Part shown: positions 40,513-55,587 of the stretch, piece by piece
Layout: every line of letters begins with the position of its first letter
How positions within the stretch are numbered: the first letter of the stretch is position 1
Assembly: GCA_951406725.2 (NCBI GenBank)
Contig: OX597815.1
Coordinates: 142,724,001-142,788,000 of the forward strand
Direction: 5' to 3'
Origin: Octopus vulgaris
Lineage: Eukaryota
DNA: 64,000 nt
The notes under the pieces: generated by a model
Databases searched by the model: none
Seen by the model: only the letters and a program-made list of their open reading frames with translations
Told to the model about the DNA's origin: nothing
Translations under genes and position numbers: made by a program

Positions 40513-41989
40513 TTATTGAGATATACATAAGAAAAATAAAACGAAATGTTTGTTATAATAGAACTCGGCTCGAGTTCGTTGGAGACTCTTGTTGAAAATG
40601 TTGATGTAACCTGAGGTTAAGTTAGTTTTGTTCAGACAGGATCAGCAATTTCTTCAAATTCGTATCTTACTGGCTTTTCCTTTGATTCATTCTTTGATTC
40701 ATTCTATAAAGTTTCGACCGCAAAGCTGTTTTAGTTGAGTCTCAAAGCGGGAAGGAAATGCTTCCTTCAAATTGCCTGTCACATTTACGATAATTAAGTA
40801 TAGGTTTCTCTTTCGTAATCTCTTTCGTGAAAAGTGTAAATTGTTTTTCTTATTTATAATTCATTTTAATGACGATTAAAGTAGAAATTAATAATATATA
40901 AAAGTTTTAATTTTTTAAATATTGTTTGTGTTGAAAGGGAATAAAATAGTAAAACCCAATTGAATTCGAATTTCCGACGTTTGTGCTGACAAAAAATAAT
41001 GAAAACCAATTAAGTGTACACACAGCTGGAAATTCAGATAACTGCTAACGCATCACGAAAGATATTATAAAGAATACTGAATATACATATACATTTTATA
41101 TATTTTTGTGATTTTAATAATAATTTTGGAAAATAAAGCTAGAAAGAGTAAAATTATTTTTTCCTTCTGTTCATTAACAGAACATGAAACATTTAGTAGT
41201 TAATACCTTCATCATTAGCAATTCTGCAAAACTGTTGCCATTTAAAACGTTCCTAATAAGTCAACAGGTGTCTCGTGCCTAATTATCTACCAAAAACGTC
41301 TTCTTTATAACAAGAGCATAACAAACATTATCGTGTAAAAATAGTACGACATTAATAATTGATGTTGTTGAAGTTTTCTTCTTTTCCTATTAGATACAAG
41401 CCTGAACTGTTAACTCTAATAGTTGTAAACTTTGTACTTATTTGATGTTGTGTCTAACTTATGTATTTTAGTTAATAATTCCAACAAGACACTTACATAA
41501 TTTATTGTCTAAAACAGTTATGACAATCAGTATTATCTTAACTGTCACCCTGAGAAAATGTCAGCTGTCTAAAGGGCCTCAACATGTGTAAATAGCAAGT
41601 ATATTTAACGTGGCTGCTGATCATCTTAGGAAATGGGGAAGTCATCTCTTTTCCCTCAAATAAATTCAAATTCAGAAACAGATCCCAACAATATAAAATC
41701 AGCTTACCTTATAATAATTAACAAATATAAAAAACTAAGAAATGTAACTGAACTACCCTGTTAACAGGAATTTTAATAAAGAAGTTAAACTTTAATGTAC
41801 CGAATGGAATATATAAACAAAAATTAATTTTAAATTTCTATGCGACAGACTAGTAAACAAAAATCACGTGCATATAATCTTCATATTCTCTACACTGACG
41901 GCCTAGAAATATTTGTTATGACAAGCAAAATGGTCTAATCACCACTGACACGATTTTCACAGACTGTTCTAAAATGGTATTTTGAATAG

Positions 41990-43350
41990 ACACACTCGCG
42001 TTATTGGGAAACTACACCTTAATCGTGACACCGTGCTAAAGTATCAAGATTAAGAAAACACATATAAATTACTTAGCATCGAAGGAAAGTGATGGCATAT
42101 AACACTCAACTACGAACGTTGATAAACCAAAATACTACTACACAAAAGAGACAGTGGTATTACAAAAACGAACTGAATGTGTGTAACAGATCTAAAGCGA
42201 GTACATCCGAGAAATATGAGTTGGAATCGTGACAGCGTGCTAAAGTATCAAGATTAAGAACACACATATAAAGTACTTAGCACCGAAGGACATCGAGAAA
42301 CTAAACAGCACCTCACTGATGTTACACCTCTCGAAAGCAAATGTCGAGAAGCTGTACCTATCAAAAAATTTAGGAAGACGGTAACTGGTTCAACTGAAAC
42401 TGATTTTCAGCATCACCACTAATGGACTGGATGCATATTTGAGAAAAAAACCCCTGATATTGTACACATCCTTTTAACTGCAAAATACTACATACTCCAT
42501 GAAGAAATGGGCAGGTTATTTCAAGAAATAGTTTGATTCCGCATAAATTTTATCAAGAGAAAATGAGGCAAATAACATTTACGCCAAACAACTGGAGTAG
42601 AAAATTTGGGGAGATATTTACGAGAAGTACGAAATGACAAATACAAAATGTGCAGAATGCAAACGCTGAACAACTGATAGCAGATCGATGGCTTCAGATT
42701 GGCAGAACAAAAGAAGAGAAGAACTTAATATTTAAAGCAGAATCCCGCAACGAGATACTATCATCATCATATAATCAATAGTAGAGGAGATCCACGAAGC
42801 ACTAACTGTGGAAAGTAAAAAGAAACGATTGAAACTATTATCTCCGGATACCTGTACCTGATGAAGACGGACAACATCTCTAGGCATTAAAAAAGCTTTG
42901 GTGTGCCTGTGCTGAAAAGTATGCCGAAATTACAAAATCAAGATGATTATGTAGTGTAACGAGCAGTACCTAATTATAGCTACTGATAGCCACGAAGTTA
43001 CTGTCTTGTGGGAGACACCAATCAAGACTGATAAAGAGATAAAGGATAACATTGTATTCATGAATAGAAGAATGGAAAGTAAATACTTATCGACTGAAAC
43101 ACCTCTGTAAAATTTCAAAAGGAACGCCTTCGTGAAATGGACACGAAATCCGACTAATTACAAAGGAAGAAGCCATGTGTATAGGGATTGTGTAGACTGA
43201 AATGAAACCAGTGGTCATCGGAGCTCTAGGGCTCAAGAAAATGCTGGACAAACACCAACAAACTTACGACGGACAGTACTGATGTCTAGTCAATATAGAA
43301 TATCGTGCAATTCGGAACAGCCACGCACAACGGAGACCGCTTTCAATCAA
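41990..43350 (+). mobile_element. Heavily decayed R4/Dong-clade LINE
   Basis: Residual motifs: YKYL.I...GI.H (about 42060), WETPIKTDKEIK (about 43010), VVIGALG (43211-43231), and a GTAH..R-like C-terminus (about 43310). Confidence 0.7.
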
Positions 43351-43504
43351 ATGTCATCATTCCTGTATAATTTCCCACCCAAACGTTTAAGCCCGTTCCA
43401 ACAGGATATAATTTAAGAAATCAAAAATAAATTAAACAGCAACAATAATATTCATCATCATCATTCTAATTGTGAGACAAGAACAGCAATTTTCAAGGAA
43501 ATGG

Positions 43505-43665
43505 GAGTACCATTTAAGTGTTACATTAATTTGGCGACTATGAAAGGATAAAAGGCAAAGTTGGCCACGTCGGAATTGAACTCAGAACATACAGATCCGG
43601 AAATGAATGCTGCTAAGCATTTTTTTTCCCAACGAGCTAACGATTCCGTCAGCTAACCGCCTTTA
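43505..43665 (-). mobile_element. Meta-domain-like tRNA SINE
   Basis: Reverse complement: aaaggcggttagctgacggaatcgttagctc...ttctgagttcaattccgacgtggccaactttgccttttatcctttcat. Confidence 0.75.
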
Positions 43666-43905
43666 ATAATAGTAACTGATTTCAAAATCACATACAGTCT
43701 CGTGTAACGTCAAGTATTCTCATCCAAAACGAAGACGAGCATTAACGTTCCAATGTAGTACACTTGGAAATTGTAAACAGATCTCTCTTTACATGAAATA
43801 AGTGGGAATTCTTCTTAACTCACAAGTAAAGTATATTTTTCAACCAATGCGATGTTGAGCAATCATTCTCGCCGTTTGAAATCAGCGTGTACATATATAT
43901 ACCTA

Positions 43906-44660
43906 CAGGGTGTGGTGTATAACTGTCATCTAAATTACGCAAAAATGGAAATAACACTGACATCTCATTTTACCTGATATATTTTACTAAAATAACATAA
44001 AAATATCTTGAAATACTAAAAAGTAAATTCATTCAATAAAATCACCATTGGCTTCAACCACGGCCTCCAAACGACTTTGGAATATCTTGCATCACTTTTG
44101 AACGGTCTTCTTGTTTAAGTTGGTGAATACTGCCATAATCCTTACATGCAGTTCGTGTTTGGTGTTACAAGGAGTTTTGTTGATCTCTCGTTCAACTGCG
44201 TCCCACACATAACAATCAAGGGGGTTGCAGTCTGAGGAGTTAGGTGACTATATTTTAGAGGTGATATTGTTGCAGAAATTGCCTGACAGCCACGACTAGG
44301 TTCTTCTGTTTGTGTGGCATGGTGCAGAGTTTTGTTGCCAGACATAGGGTCTTCCAGCAGCCATCCTCTTGACCCATGGTATCACTACCTCCTCCAGGCA
44401 CTTGATTTAGGCCTCTGTGTTGAGTGTGCAACCGTGTGGGAAGATGAAGGGAGGCATAACGTTGCTATCACGAGTGATCACTCCTAACACCATGATGTTG
44501 ACTGGATGTTTGATTTTCATCCCTCTGGGTGCATGTTCTCAGACTGTACTGTCCTCAGATTGACACCCAAACATTCGGAAGTGTTCGTACAGCATGTCGT
44601 TTCCAAATATCTAGCACAGTGAATTGCGTCATAGTGCTATTTTTCTTCCAGACGGTTCCC
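43906..44660 (-). mobile_element. DD37D (maT) transposon remnant, subfamily B, internally deleted
   Basis: TA-cagggtgtgg end. Minus strand YVWQQNSAPCHTNRRT*SWLSGNFC...SPNSSDCNPLDCYVW. Same N-terminus (MTQF...IWKRHA) as 60590-61463. Confidence 0.88.
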
Positions 44661-44979
44661 GATTCTGTAGGTTGGGTGTGTGGGTGTGTTTTGTGTTCTG
44701 GGTATATTTCGTTTTTGTATCTGGTTTGCAAGATTCTTTATGAAAAATCGTATGTTGAAACAAATTCTTTTGTGTCTAGGGAGAGTCATTATGCCAATAT
44801 AATTAACACAAATATTGTTCCAATTCCACTACACTTCTCTGTTATTAGCCAGTAGGTTGAATATCTAACTAGGTAATTTGTATTGCTTTTGCTTGTCAAA
44901 TATCTCTGGTTGCTACAGTAGCCTTTTCAATGACTATTGACTTATTCAATATATATAGACACACATACACACGCAAACA

Positions 44980-45015
<36 letters not shown>

Positions 45016-45186
45016 TGTATGTATGTATGTATGTATGTATGTATGTATGTATGTATGTATGTATATGTATGTATGTATATCCACCTACAGCATAACCCCA
45101 ACCCTATAATATAAAATAAAATAGCATTCTTACAGCTTGACACTTTTACTGTAAAGAAATACTCTAAAAATTACCTAAAATTCTCC

Positions 45187-45347
45187 TCAGAGAGGGCCAC
45201 TATAAAAAGCAGTAGTCCCAAAACAGTGCCCTGTGGAACACCGCTCAATATTTGTGTGTTCATAGACGTGGCTCCATTAGCCACTACTGCCTGACTTCTG
45301 CCTTTCAGGATGTCATGTAACCACTCTCCAATGTTTCCAGCTATGCA
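45187..45347 (-). mobile_element. CR1-group LINE RT fragment
   Basis: Minus-strand translation IAGNIGEWLHDILKGRSQAVVANGATSMNTQILSGVPQGTVLGLLLFIV contains the SGVPQGxVLGPxLF motif. Confidence 0.88.
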
Positions 45348-45871
45348 CCTTCTATTTCAGCTTCATATTAGCTTATATCCAGAACAGAATTTGAAGAAAT
45401 TTTATAAACAAACACCAAACAAATTCTACCGCCACAAAACAGGAAGTTTAAGATCTTTGTGTACTGCTCTCACATTGCTTATAGAACAATGAATGCCTTG
45501 AAAGAAACATAAAATCTCAACCTTTGCTCAAATAATTCTACGAACATCAAAGTATAGGAGTAAAACATTTTCTGTTCAAACAAAGCCATGGCATGCCTGC
45601 CTAATAATCCCCACCTTATAAATTGAAACAGGAAGTACCCTAAATAACAAGAATAACAACTAAAGATCAGATCTGCTTAAACTTACTACCTACCTACATT
45701 CTTTTGTGAAAGTAATTAATAATCGAATAATACAAAAAGGAAGAAAATACTGTCACACCTTGTGTCTACCTAACAAAAGAGAAACACCTAAAGCCTTGTT
45801 TACAAGTTTCTATATGCATGATGAAGGAACTAATGATCAGTCGACAGATAGCTAGCTAGCTAATAGCTAGC

Positions 45872-46106
<235 letters not shown>

Positions 46107-47824
46107 TTAGAGAGTGGGGAAGAGAGAAAGACAGACAGACAGAAAGACACAGTGAGTAAGTGAGTGAGTGAGTGTTGGTAATGACAATTTGTTTTGCTAA
46201 CAAACGCACAGTCAGATTGTTTAATATGCGTGCTATAATTACGTACCACGGGTGCTACAAGTTATCTTATGTTTTACTGAATGTTTTACTGGCTGTCAGG
46301 CCTTGATAGGACTGTAACTCTGAAATTTAATTGATAGTTTACAAGATCATATATTCATTGGCTTCACTATCATTATAAGCATATTAGATATGTAAAGAAA
46401 TAAATGATTAGCTACCAGAGAAGACACTTTCATACGGGAATATTACTTTGTAAAATGTCCTGCAAATATGTAGGTAGTCTTGTATTAAATCGGAATCTAA
46501 CTATAGAATGGTAGCAATACTTGAGGGAGAGGAGAATGATTTAGTGATTCGATCATAAGTATAAACCAGATATTGTATTGAACAACACTGTTTCTACACT
46601 GTTTCCTTCCATTCGTACATTTTATTGCATAGTAACAATCACAGCAGCTGCCACATCAGCGGAACAAAAGCGGGAAAACAAAGATTGTTAGTAACAACAA
46701 TGTTGAGGACAAAAGCTGTTTAGTTAGCTAATATAACTACGACTACGTCATTATTCATTGAAACCAAACAATATCTAAAATGTAAAAATACAGAGATTAT
46801 TATTCAACGAATTGCTTTAAAGTATTCAGCTGGAAAACAATAAAACAATACCTTGTGTTTACATAGAGCCGTTATCAGTTAGTTATAAGTTCGTTAATTT
46901 GGTGAGATAGTTAAAAACATTTCAGTGCAAAAATATGAAAATCTTTCTAAAAAGTGTATTTTATTCTATTTCCTTAACTTTGTGATATTTCTTTCAATTA
47001 TTGGATTTTTGTCGTTTGGGTTGTTTTTTTCTGTATTTTATTATCTTCATTCTACACTGTTTCAAGAAGTCCTCAGTGCAATAATTTTCAGTGTATTTTT
47101 AAATAGAGTTTACTGGCTCAGCCAAAAATGTATCAAGAAAATATTGTTTATTTGTGGTGCATAAAATATACTGAATGTTATTAGTTTCGGAATCAAAGAC
47201 GTTAATAACATGTCAATTCATAAAATGTTATATAAAAGAGATGCAGTCCAACATCTTTTCCACCATCCTGTCTGTCAAGGTCAAAGCAAAAGTGAAGTAT
47301 TTACAGGTTTTAGGTCGAATGTAATATTTAAGAACCTTTAGTGGGGATCATACATTTCACTTATAGACTAAATGAATAACAACACCAGCAAAAAATAAAC
47401 GTTTATCCACTCACTTTTCATATAATCCACGTCATACGAATGCAAAAATGCATATACACATACACATACAAGGTCTTTCACATATACTTAAATAATCACC
47501 CAATGGATACACAGACTTGCTGCCAGTGAACACATATACTCTCTCTCTCTCTCTCTTTTCTCTCCCTCTCTTCTCCTCCTCCACGTCTCTCTCCCTCTCT
47601 CATACACACGCACACACCGACACACACATGATACTCGCATGTTATGTCCAGGAAATAGCGAGAGTATTTCCTTGTTTGAGGTTATGAAGGGGGACAAAAG
47701 GAGTATGACGAACCCTAGCTGATCGATTGCGTTACGAATAATTGATTAATTAATCTATTAGATAATTGGTTAAACGATTTCCTAGTGGACTAATGAAAGA
47801 ATGTATCTTTCTTATTGGCATATT

Positions 47825-48990
47825 AACCCTTCCAAGATAAAAATTTGACAGTTTGCATAATTGGAAGTAAAAATACAATATCCCATTCAAAAATAAAAAT
47901 ATTTTAAAATATCAGCCCTCGGTTTCCACCACGATCTCAAGGTGGCTCCGAAGCCTGGCGCGTGCGTTCCTCACTGTGTACCAGGGAAGATCTTTGAATC
48001 CTTCATTGATCATGGCCACCAGTTCCGCTTTAGTGAGGCAGACAGAGCATTAGTGTCTTTCTCACCCGTACAACAAACATAGTAACCTATGGTGTTACAA
48101 TTGAGGGAAGGAAGAAACCAAAAAGTTGGTTTGGTGAAGTCGTAGAACTCTTCCGACAATCGCTTCTTTCTGGAAATACGGAAAGGAGCTGAATCTTGCT
48201 GCCACACATATGGCCTTCCAGCTGAAACACTCTCTACCTAATATTTGACTATAGTCTCCAGCAGCTTCTCACAACCGTCTGTTTTGAGCCTAAACCCGCG
48301 TTCAAATACGTGGCAGCAGTATGACGTTACCTTCACTGCAGACAAACAAAGACCATTACAGTTTGGAGAAAATTGATTTTCATGCTACGCGGGACATGAC
48401 ATGGATTATAGGCAAGCCATCTGTTCTTTTGGCTGTTCTGCAAATGGTCATAGCAGAAGTTTTTCTTTTTTCATCTCAGTAGAACCAGATCATTCTCCGC
48501 TCAATAGGATGTCTCATTGCTTTCATCAAGCGGGACACCTTAGCCGTTGCTGTCAAAAGTTATCCTTTGCGCCTCGTGTATGAGTGGTAGCGAAGGTCTT
48601 CGTTTCGAGCAGCTTCAAAGGGATTATTCCAAGATCCACATCTCTCGCTGAATTACCTTGCTCAGATCTTACACCACTTTGTCCTCCAGTTGTTTGCTGA
48701 ATTCCAGCTTATCGTGTCTCTTCATACTGACCACAACTCCCGTTCCTACGGTCTTTGTCACGTCTTACAGCCTTTAAAGTATTCACAAAGCACTAAGCAG
48801 CAGCCATAATAACGGCATTTTGTTATCCCGGTTGACTCATCATGGTAATCTAAATCTTAACCAATATTCAGATGACGTCCAGTACTCTTTTTCTCATATA
48901 TAGATTTAATCTTTATACTCTCCAACACTGTTGACTGTTCACTAATACACTACGTTATTCCTCAAGAAAGAAGTGGATATATAAATGTCG
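47825..48990 (-). mobile_element. DD37D (maT) transposon remnant, subfamily A
   Basis: Minus strand MWQQDSAPF...LSEEFYDFTKPTFW...NCNTIGYYV and a C-terminal ARARLRSHLEIVVETEG. Colinear with 14140-15075. Confidence 0.85.
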
Positions 48991-50226
48991 ATATATTGTT
49001 ATTAAACATTCACTTTTAGTTTACATCATTACTAACAGTGACTTCTCTTGTAATTCTTTGTAAACAATCTGTCAGATGATTCATTTATTTTTACCATTTA
49101 TTAATGAAGAGAGAAGCAGAATCCATTTATTAGAATATTTGACGCCAGAATCTAGAAATTAGTATGGAATACTCAAACCGTAGACATTGCACATAATTAC
49201 TCGACAGATATGCGCCAAAATGATACGGCCACACAATATATGCCATATATTTATTAATCTACCACATAAAGTAGAATAATAAACATGTTTTAAAGAGAAA
49301 CCAAAACATTAAAATAACTGGATAATTCTGAATTAATTAGGGAACCTCCAATAATTAGGGAACGTTCCAATAACCAGAAAAATCAGTTAAATATTCATAA
49401 ATTCGCATACCAGCGTTCTACAAAAAGAAGAGTACGGTGTATGATGATATAATTAAATATGTATTATACTGGAAAATAAGAGAGGATGGTCAATTTGAAT
49501 GAGTAATCACAGGACTGCTCTTGCATTGTTGACCTTCAGCGACAGAGCGACACTAATTAGAACAACAGAGGTAAATATAACGGGCCAAATAATGGACCTC
49601 ATCGGGGTCAATCGACATACTAGAAATGGTAGCACAAGCCTCCTTCAAATCATGCGCGGAGCAAAAAGAGGTTATACCCCATTAGACAGGAATTAAATAA
49701 AGTGTGCAGCTTTCATCAATGCTTCTCATTACAGATTCCATCAGAGTTAATTTAGAGAAACATATATACAGAAATGTTGATTAAAACTATTAACTTATAT
49801 ACCATTTATTTCTTAAAGTACTTATAACCTCGAAATGACGAAAGTTCATATTTACATATTCCACGAGGCAGCCAATTACTATAGTGTTAAAATATATAGT
49901 GTGATGAATCCTAATGAATATAGCTTTCCGATAAATTGAAAATTACACCCACTAGACCTCGCGCTCTCCTTTAATTATACTTTCAGAAAAATATACAATG
50001 CTGCAGGAAATACTTTCATATTTGTTGATATTTACTAATTGGTTGTTAGGAAGAAGAATAAATGTAACATAAATTAGAAAGTTTGCAGTTTGTGAGGGAG
50101 CAGAACTACAAACTTTATGACAAAACTATTGAATCCCAACATCTATGAGTTCTGTCAGGAAATCATAGTCAACTTATATGACAGAAACCACCGGGAAACA
50201 ATTCCTGAACTCACACACACACAGAG

Positions 50227-50259
<33 letters not shown>

Positions 50260-50710
50260 TACACACAAGCATACTGACATGCACTTATATGGTAAATACT
50301 ATATAATGACAGTCGAGATTTAGCCAAACCATCCAGCCAGGGAGTAGTCACTGTTGATGAGCTTTAATTTTAACCGAATCTAGACTAGCATGGTGATCTC
50401 GCTCGCTGTGAGGCGGTTATCTCTCTTGTCATTAAATAGACATGTGCTTCTGTGACGATTAGTGACGATTGATATTTTCCTTTTTGGTTATATATATATC
50501 AACGTGTATCCAGTGGTCAGGTAGCAATTGGTAACACGAGAGTTTTTACATAAAATAGTTATGAATGTGATTTCGAATTACTGTTTTTCTTTCATGCTGT
50601 AAACCACTTGCCAAGAAATTATATGCCCAAAATATGTTTCAATACAGACACATATATGTACGTACACACACACACACACATATACACACATATATGTACA
50701 TACATATATA

Positions 50711-50784
<74 letters not shown>

Positions 50785-51214
50785 CATACATACACAAACG
50801 CACACATATATGTATAGATAATATATATATAAATTGAATAAATAGAGTCAACAGGAAGGAGTACGTTTAGGCAGCTATTTAATAAACACTACACCTGTTT
50901 CGATACTACATAGATCTACATATACGCAGGATTTGAATTAAGCAACGGTTTACCGATATAATGGAATTCAGTTGTATCGCCTCAGGCGATATATAATCGC
51001 TGTCCCCGTAAGTAAATCTTTGACTTTGATGCTAACACATCGAACTGGCTCTTCCTGTTGACTCTATTCAATTTTTAGTTTTCACACACGATGAATGCCT
51101 AAGCCTAGATTTGGAATACTACCGGCTATTTAGTAATTCTAACCGTGAACGAACTCTATTTTGTAGTCTAATACGTTCCTAAAGGAATACACTTAATATA
51201 TATATATATATATA

Positions 51215-51360
51215 TAGGGAGAATTGAAGAAAAAAACAAAAGACGAAGACAGGTGGTGTAGGAAACAAACAGATGTGTTAGTATAACTCTCGGGAATTGA
51301 AAAAGTATTTTACGTTTCGAGCCTACGCTCTTCCACAGAAAGAAACAAGGAGAGAAAAAA
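51215..51360 (-). mobile_element. Penelope pLTR-like fragment with hammerhead-like motif, abutting (TA)n
   Basis: Reverse complement: ttt-ctgtggaa-gagc(gtag)gctc-gaaa-cgt-a-aaa. Perfect stem II and GAAA but a non-canonical first core box. Ends at (TA)n 51197-51216. Confidence 0.55.
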
Positions 51361-53539
51361 ATGTGTATAGTGGCTGGTAAAATTTCAAGAGATGAGAGTA
51401 GTAACTATTCACAGAAGTAAAGTTAATCGCCACATCAAAGTGACTGTTCTATGTCACTACAAATATCTTTTTTGTTAATCTTTGTTCCGTTTTCTTCTTA
51501 TTTTTATTGTTCATTACTTTTACAAACGCACATACACTCACACTAACATATGTGTGTGCGCGTGAGTGCATATGTGTATGAGTTAGTGTGACTACGTATA
51601 CATGTATATATAGTTTGATCTGAGTTGTCTTTTCGTGTTTCTATATAATTTTATTGCCCACCGATGTAAAAAGGCAACATGATTAATCCTCTTTAATCTT
51701 TACTCCGATTTATACTACGTATGTGTACTCTACCCTAAAAACTTATTGAATATCAATATGTGAAATACACGAGATCTTTTAAAGCAACCGGGTGTATCAA
51801 TATGCGAAATTTTCTTACTGTAGACACTAATGACTTTCGAAAACGATAGGCATGTTTGTACAAAAGACTTCCAGGTTGTGTATATGTAAGTCTGGATATT
51901 TTCTTTGGTGACACGTTATATATCTAAAGCGTCACAATGAAAAGCACGTAGGAGTAGTCTGTCGTGGGTTCTCTATTAGGGAAGGGCAGAACACTGAACT
52001 TTTGTGCCCAACCTTATTAATTTTCTGTATCCACAGACTCATTATTAGATTCAATCGATATTGTTTAAAGTTATCTATAACAAAAATAATTGTTTGTAAA
52101 TAAGGTGGTGTGAACTAAATATATGTCTTTCTTTCCATAGATAGTTATAAAACTAAGGAGAAGGAAATTTTAATTAAAATAACATTTCAGATAATGAATA
52201 CTGAATAGAGTGAAATAATTAGGGAATCTTTTATGTCAAAGAAAACACGAAAATGTTGATTTTACACTTCAGATTTCATTCAATTAAGAAAAACAGACGA
52301 TAATTGTGGCGAAAATAAAACATTAATTAGACATGAATGTCGATTTGATTTTTGGTTATCCTTTAAATTTGTTAAATCTCACGTTGGCATACAAACAAAA
52401 ATCTGTGTGTTCGTGCGTGTGTGCGCGCGCGTACAGAGAGTGAGAGATACACATACAAATGTGTGTATATATATGTATATATTTCTGAATACATTCATGT
52501 ATACATAAGAGCACGTATCCATAGATATACAATCACAGATACACACATATGCAATACTTAAACATACACATATTCAGACACCAGCAAATGAGTTGTCAAA
52601 TTTTCTTCATCCGAAATCTTACTGCCTTCAGCAATGGTGTGTTTCATTAAATATCTAGCTGAAAGCAACGAGCTCTCATCCAAGACAGCGGTCTATAAAC
52701 TATTCAATTTACTAACACAACGCCTCATCTAAAACATTTAAAATTTCAATTGTTTCTCGAAATGTTCGATTTGATAAAAAGCAACAAACCCGTAAAACGT
52801 ACATCTATACGTACATATATATGCACGTGTATGTCTGTGTGTGTACATGCATATACATATGTGTGCCTGGTGTGTATTTGTGTGTGTTTGTATTATAGTA
52901 AATCCAATTTATTAGACGTCTTATTTTAATCGACACAAAATTCCATTTAAGCATCAAGTTGGTTATTTTTGCCAGTCAGTGTGCAATTAATATGTCAGAA
53001 AAGGAGAAATTCCATGCTGAAATTTTAATGCATTTACAACATTGTTTTGCTGGTAAATTTACATTTTTCTTGCGGACGACAGAAAGGAAAACATCACGTA
53101 AGTTAGTTTAGTGAATTGTTAACGAGTTCTTTTGTAGATGTCCGCATAGAATGTCTGTTGAAAGCTTGTAGAAACAATGCTAAAACGCCTTTATAGGCGA
53201 GGTCGTTAATTGCGTTTGAAAGCAAAGACAAAAGAGAGAAATATGATGAATAAAAATATGTTGAAAGAGAGATATTTGTAGCAGTATTAATAGTAGTGGT
53301 AGTAAGAATAGTATTAGTACTAATAAATATTTTGAGGAAATAATAACATATTACAGGCGAATGAAATAACAGCAATAGAAATATACCGAATAATTATACA
53401 AAAAATTCTTAATGCACTCGTCACAGCACACAGAGTAGACAATTATCATTATATGCACACATATAAATATACATATAACAACATACATACAAACATATAT
53501 ACATACGTGAGTATAAATATGTGTGTGCGTGTGTGTGTA

Positions 53540-53880
<341 letters not shown>

Positions 53881-54299
53881 TGTATGCGGGCTTTCATATC
53901 TTAAATACTATTAATATGGAAGAACTATTTGAAAGCATAAACCGACGAACAAACCAAAAACGTATCGATTATTGGTCGTCTGCAATACCGATTACAACAA
54001 AACATATTTACATCAGCTTCATTATGTATGGAGAAGTATGCATATTCGTTTGATGCATATATTAACTTCAATACAAACAAATATCTTCTCCAAAATAGAA
54101 GGGTTTCATGTGTTTGAAACGAAATTCACCAACACACGCTTGCAAATTATGCTATACTTATACTATACAACGTCGCCGCCGGAAGTTAGAACTAGTATGC
54201 AGACGTCATTCGATCTACCTAACTGTCAATTTCTGGATGACTATGTACATAAACACATATTTAATGGCATTTAGTGTTAGTATATTTATAAGTCTTTGG

Positions 54300-54470
54300 A
54301 GGTTGTGTTGCTCTACGTTTAGGCTTTTACATTCATGAAGGTAAACGTTGCAGTTTCAATTCCTGGACCGTGCGACGAGTTGTGTTCTTGGATAAAAGAC
54401 TTCATTTTATGTTCCTTCAGTTCATTCAACTGGCAAAAATCTTACGGTCGACCAGCTTCCCGTCCACTTT
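54300..54470 (+). mobile_element. Decayed CORE-type tRNA SINE
   Basis: B-box-like gtttcaattcctggac, then tgtgttcttggataaaagacttcatttt...cagttcattcaactggcaaaaat (CORE-like). Confidence 0.5.
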
Positions 54471-54750
54471 ATACACGCCGCAGTATAATCCGTATCATGT
54501 GCCAATGGGCAAGGTAGGACATTGGAATCTATTTTGAAGTTTATAACGTTGGTGGTTATTTAGAAAAAATTGAAGCAGAATGTGATACGATAGAATATGC
54601 TAATAATATGCTCATACAGGGCTTGTTGATATGGCAGCGCTAATAGCTCGCAAGTTAGTTTTAAAAACACAACATAAGCAAAAATTGTAAACTTAAAGAG
54701 TACAGAGAAGTGTGTCTGTATGCTATTATGTATGTATGTTCATTCGTTGG

Positions 54751-54781
<31 letters not shown>

Positions 54782-54878
54782 ATTTCGGAATGGTCATTTT
54801 GCCAGTTTAGCCAATAAAAACACACTCACTATATGTTTGGTATTACTTTGCTTTCTTCTTTCTTATTTGTGTGTCTCT

Positions 54879-54938
54879 CCTTACTAACCGTCAGCCATTT
54901 TGTATTTCTATTGTATTGTATATATATAAACGTATATG

Positions 54939-55022
<84 letters not shown>

Positions 55023-55082
55023 CATATACGTTTATATATATACAATACAATAGAAATACAAAATGGCTGACGGTTAGTAAGG
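54879..55082. repeat. Near-perfect 204-bp palindrome centred on (TA)n
   Basis: 54879-54940 is the exact reverse complement of 55021-55082. The interior is self-complementary (TA)n with one c/g pair displaced by 2 nt. Confidence 0.95.
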
Positions 55083-55302
55083 GAGATCTCAGTAAAAACC
55101 TCCCTTTTTAGTTGAAGAAATAGCTATAACCCTTTGACTGCTATTTCTAAATTCGGTATGTGGTAAGGCAATTCGTTGCTAAATCCTTTATTGCTTAGTA
55201 TTACTTAAATTTTCCTCGAATGAGGCTTTTACATGCCGAAGACTACTTGGTGTAATTGATAATTATTCCAAATTAATTAATTTCACCCTTCATTATTACG
55301 GA

Positions 55303-55334
<32 letters not shown>

Positions 55335-55587
55335 CGGGTGGGGGGTACAAATGTGCATGTGTGTGCGCGTATGTTTATATGAATGCGTTCATATACGTGT
55401 TTATATGTAAACAGAGAGGAAGATGCAAGCTGTACACAGCAGAGACGCATATCATTCCACAGAACAGAAGTAATTTCCTAATCTCGGAAAGCAAAATTTT
55501 CGGATACTGTCTCCATGAGTACAAAATCGGTCTGGTGATATGATCGAGTCTATGTTTGGACAAGCCATATATATATATATATATATA

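Noticed and set aside
42855-42890. CTGATGA inside the decayed Dong element
   Set aside because: No stem II, GAAA or stem III follows, so it is not a hammerhead.
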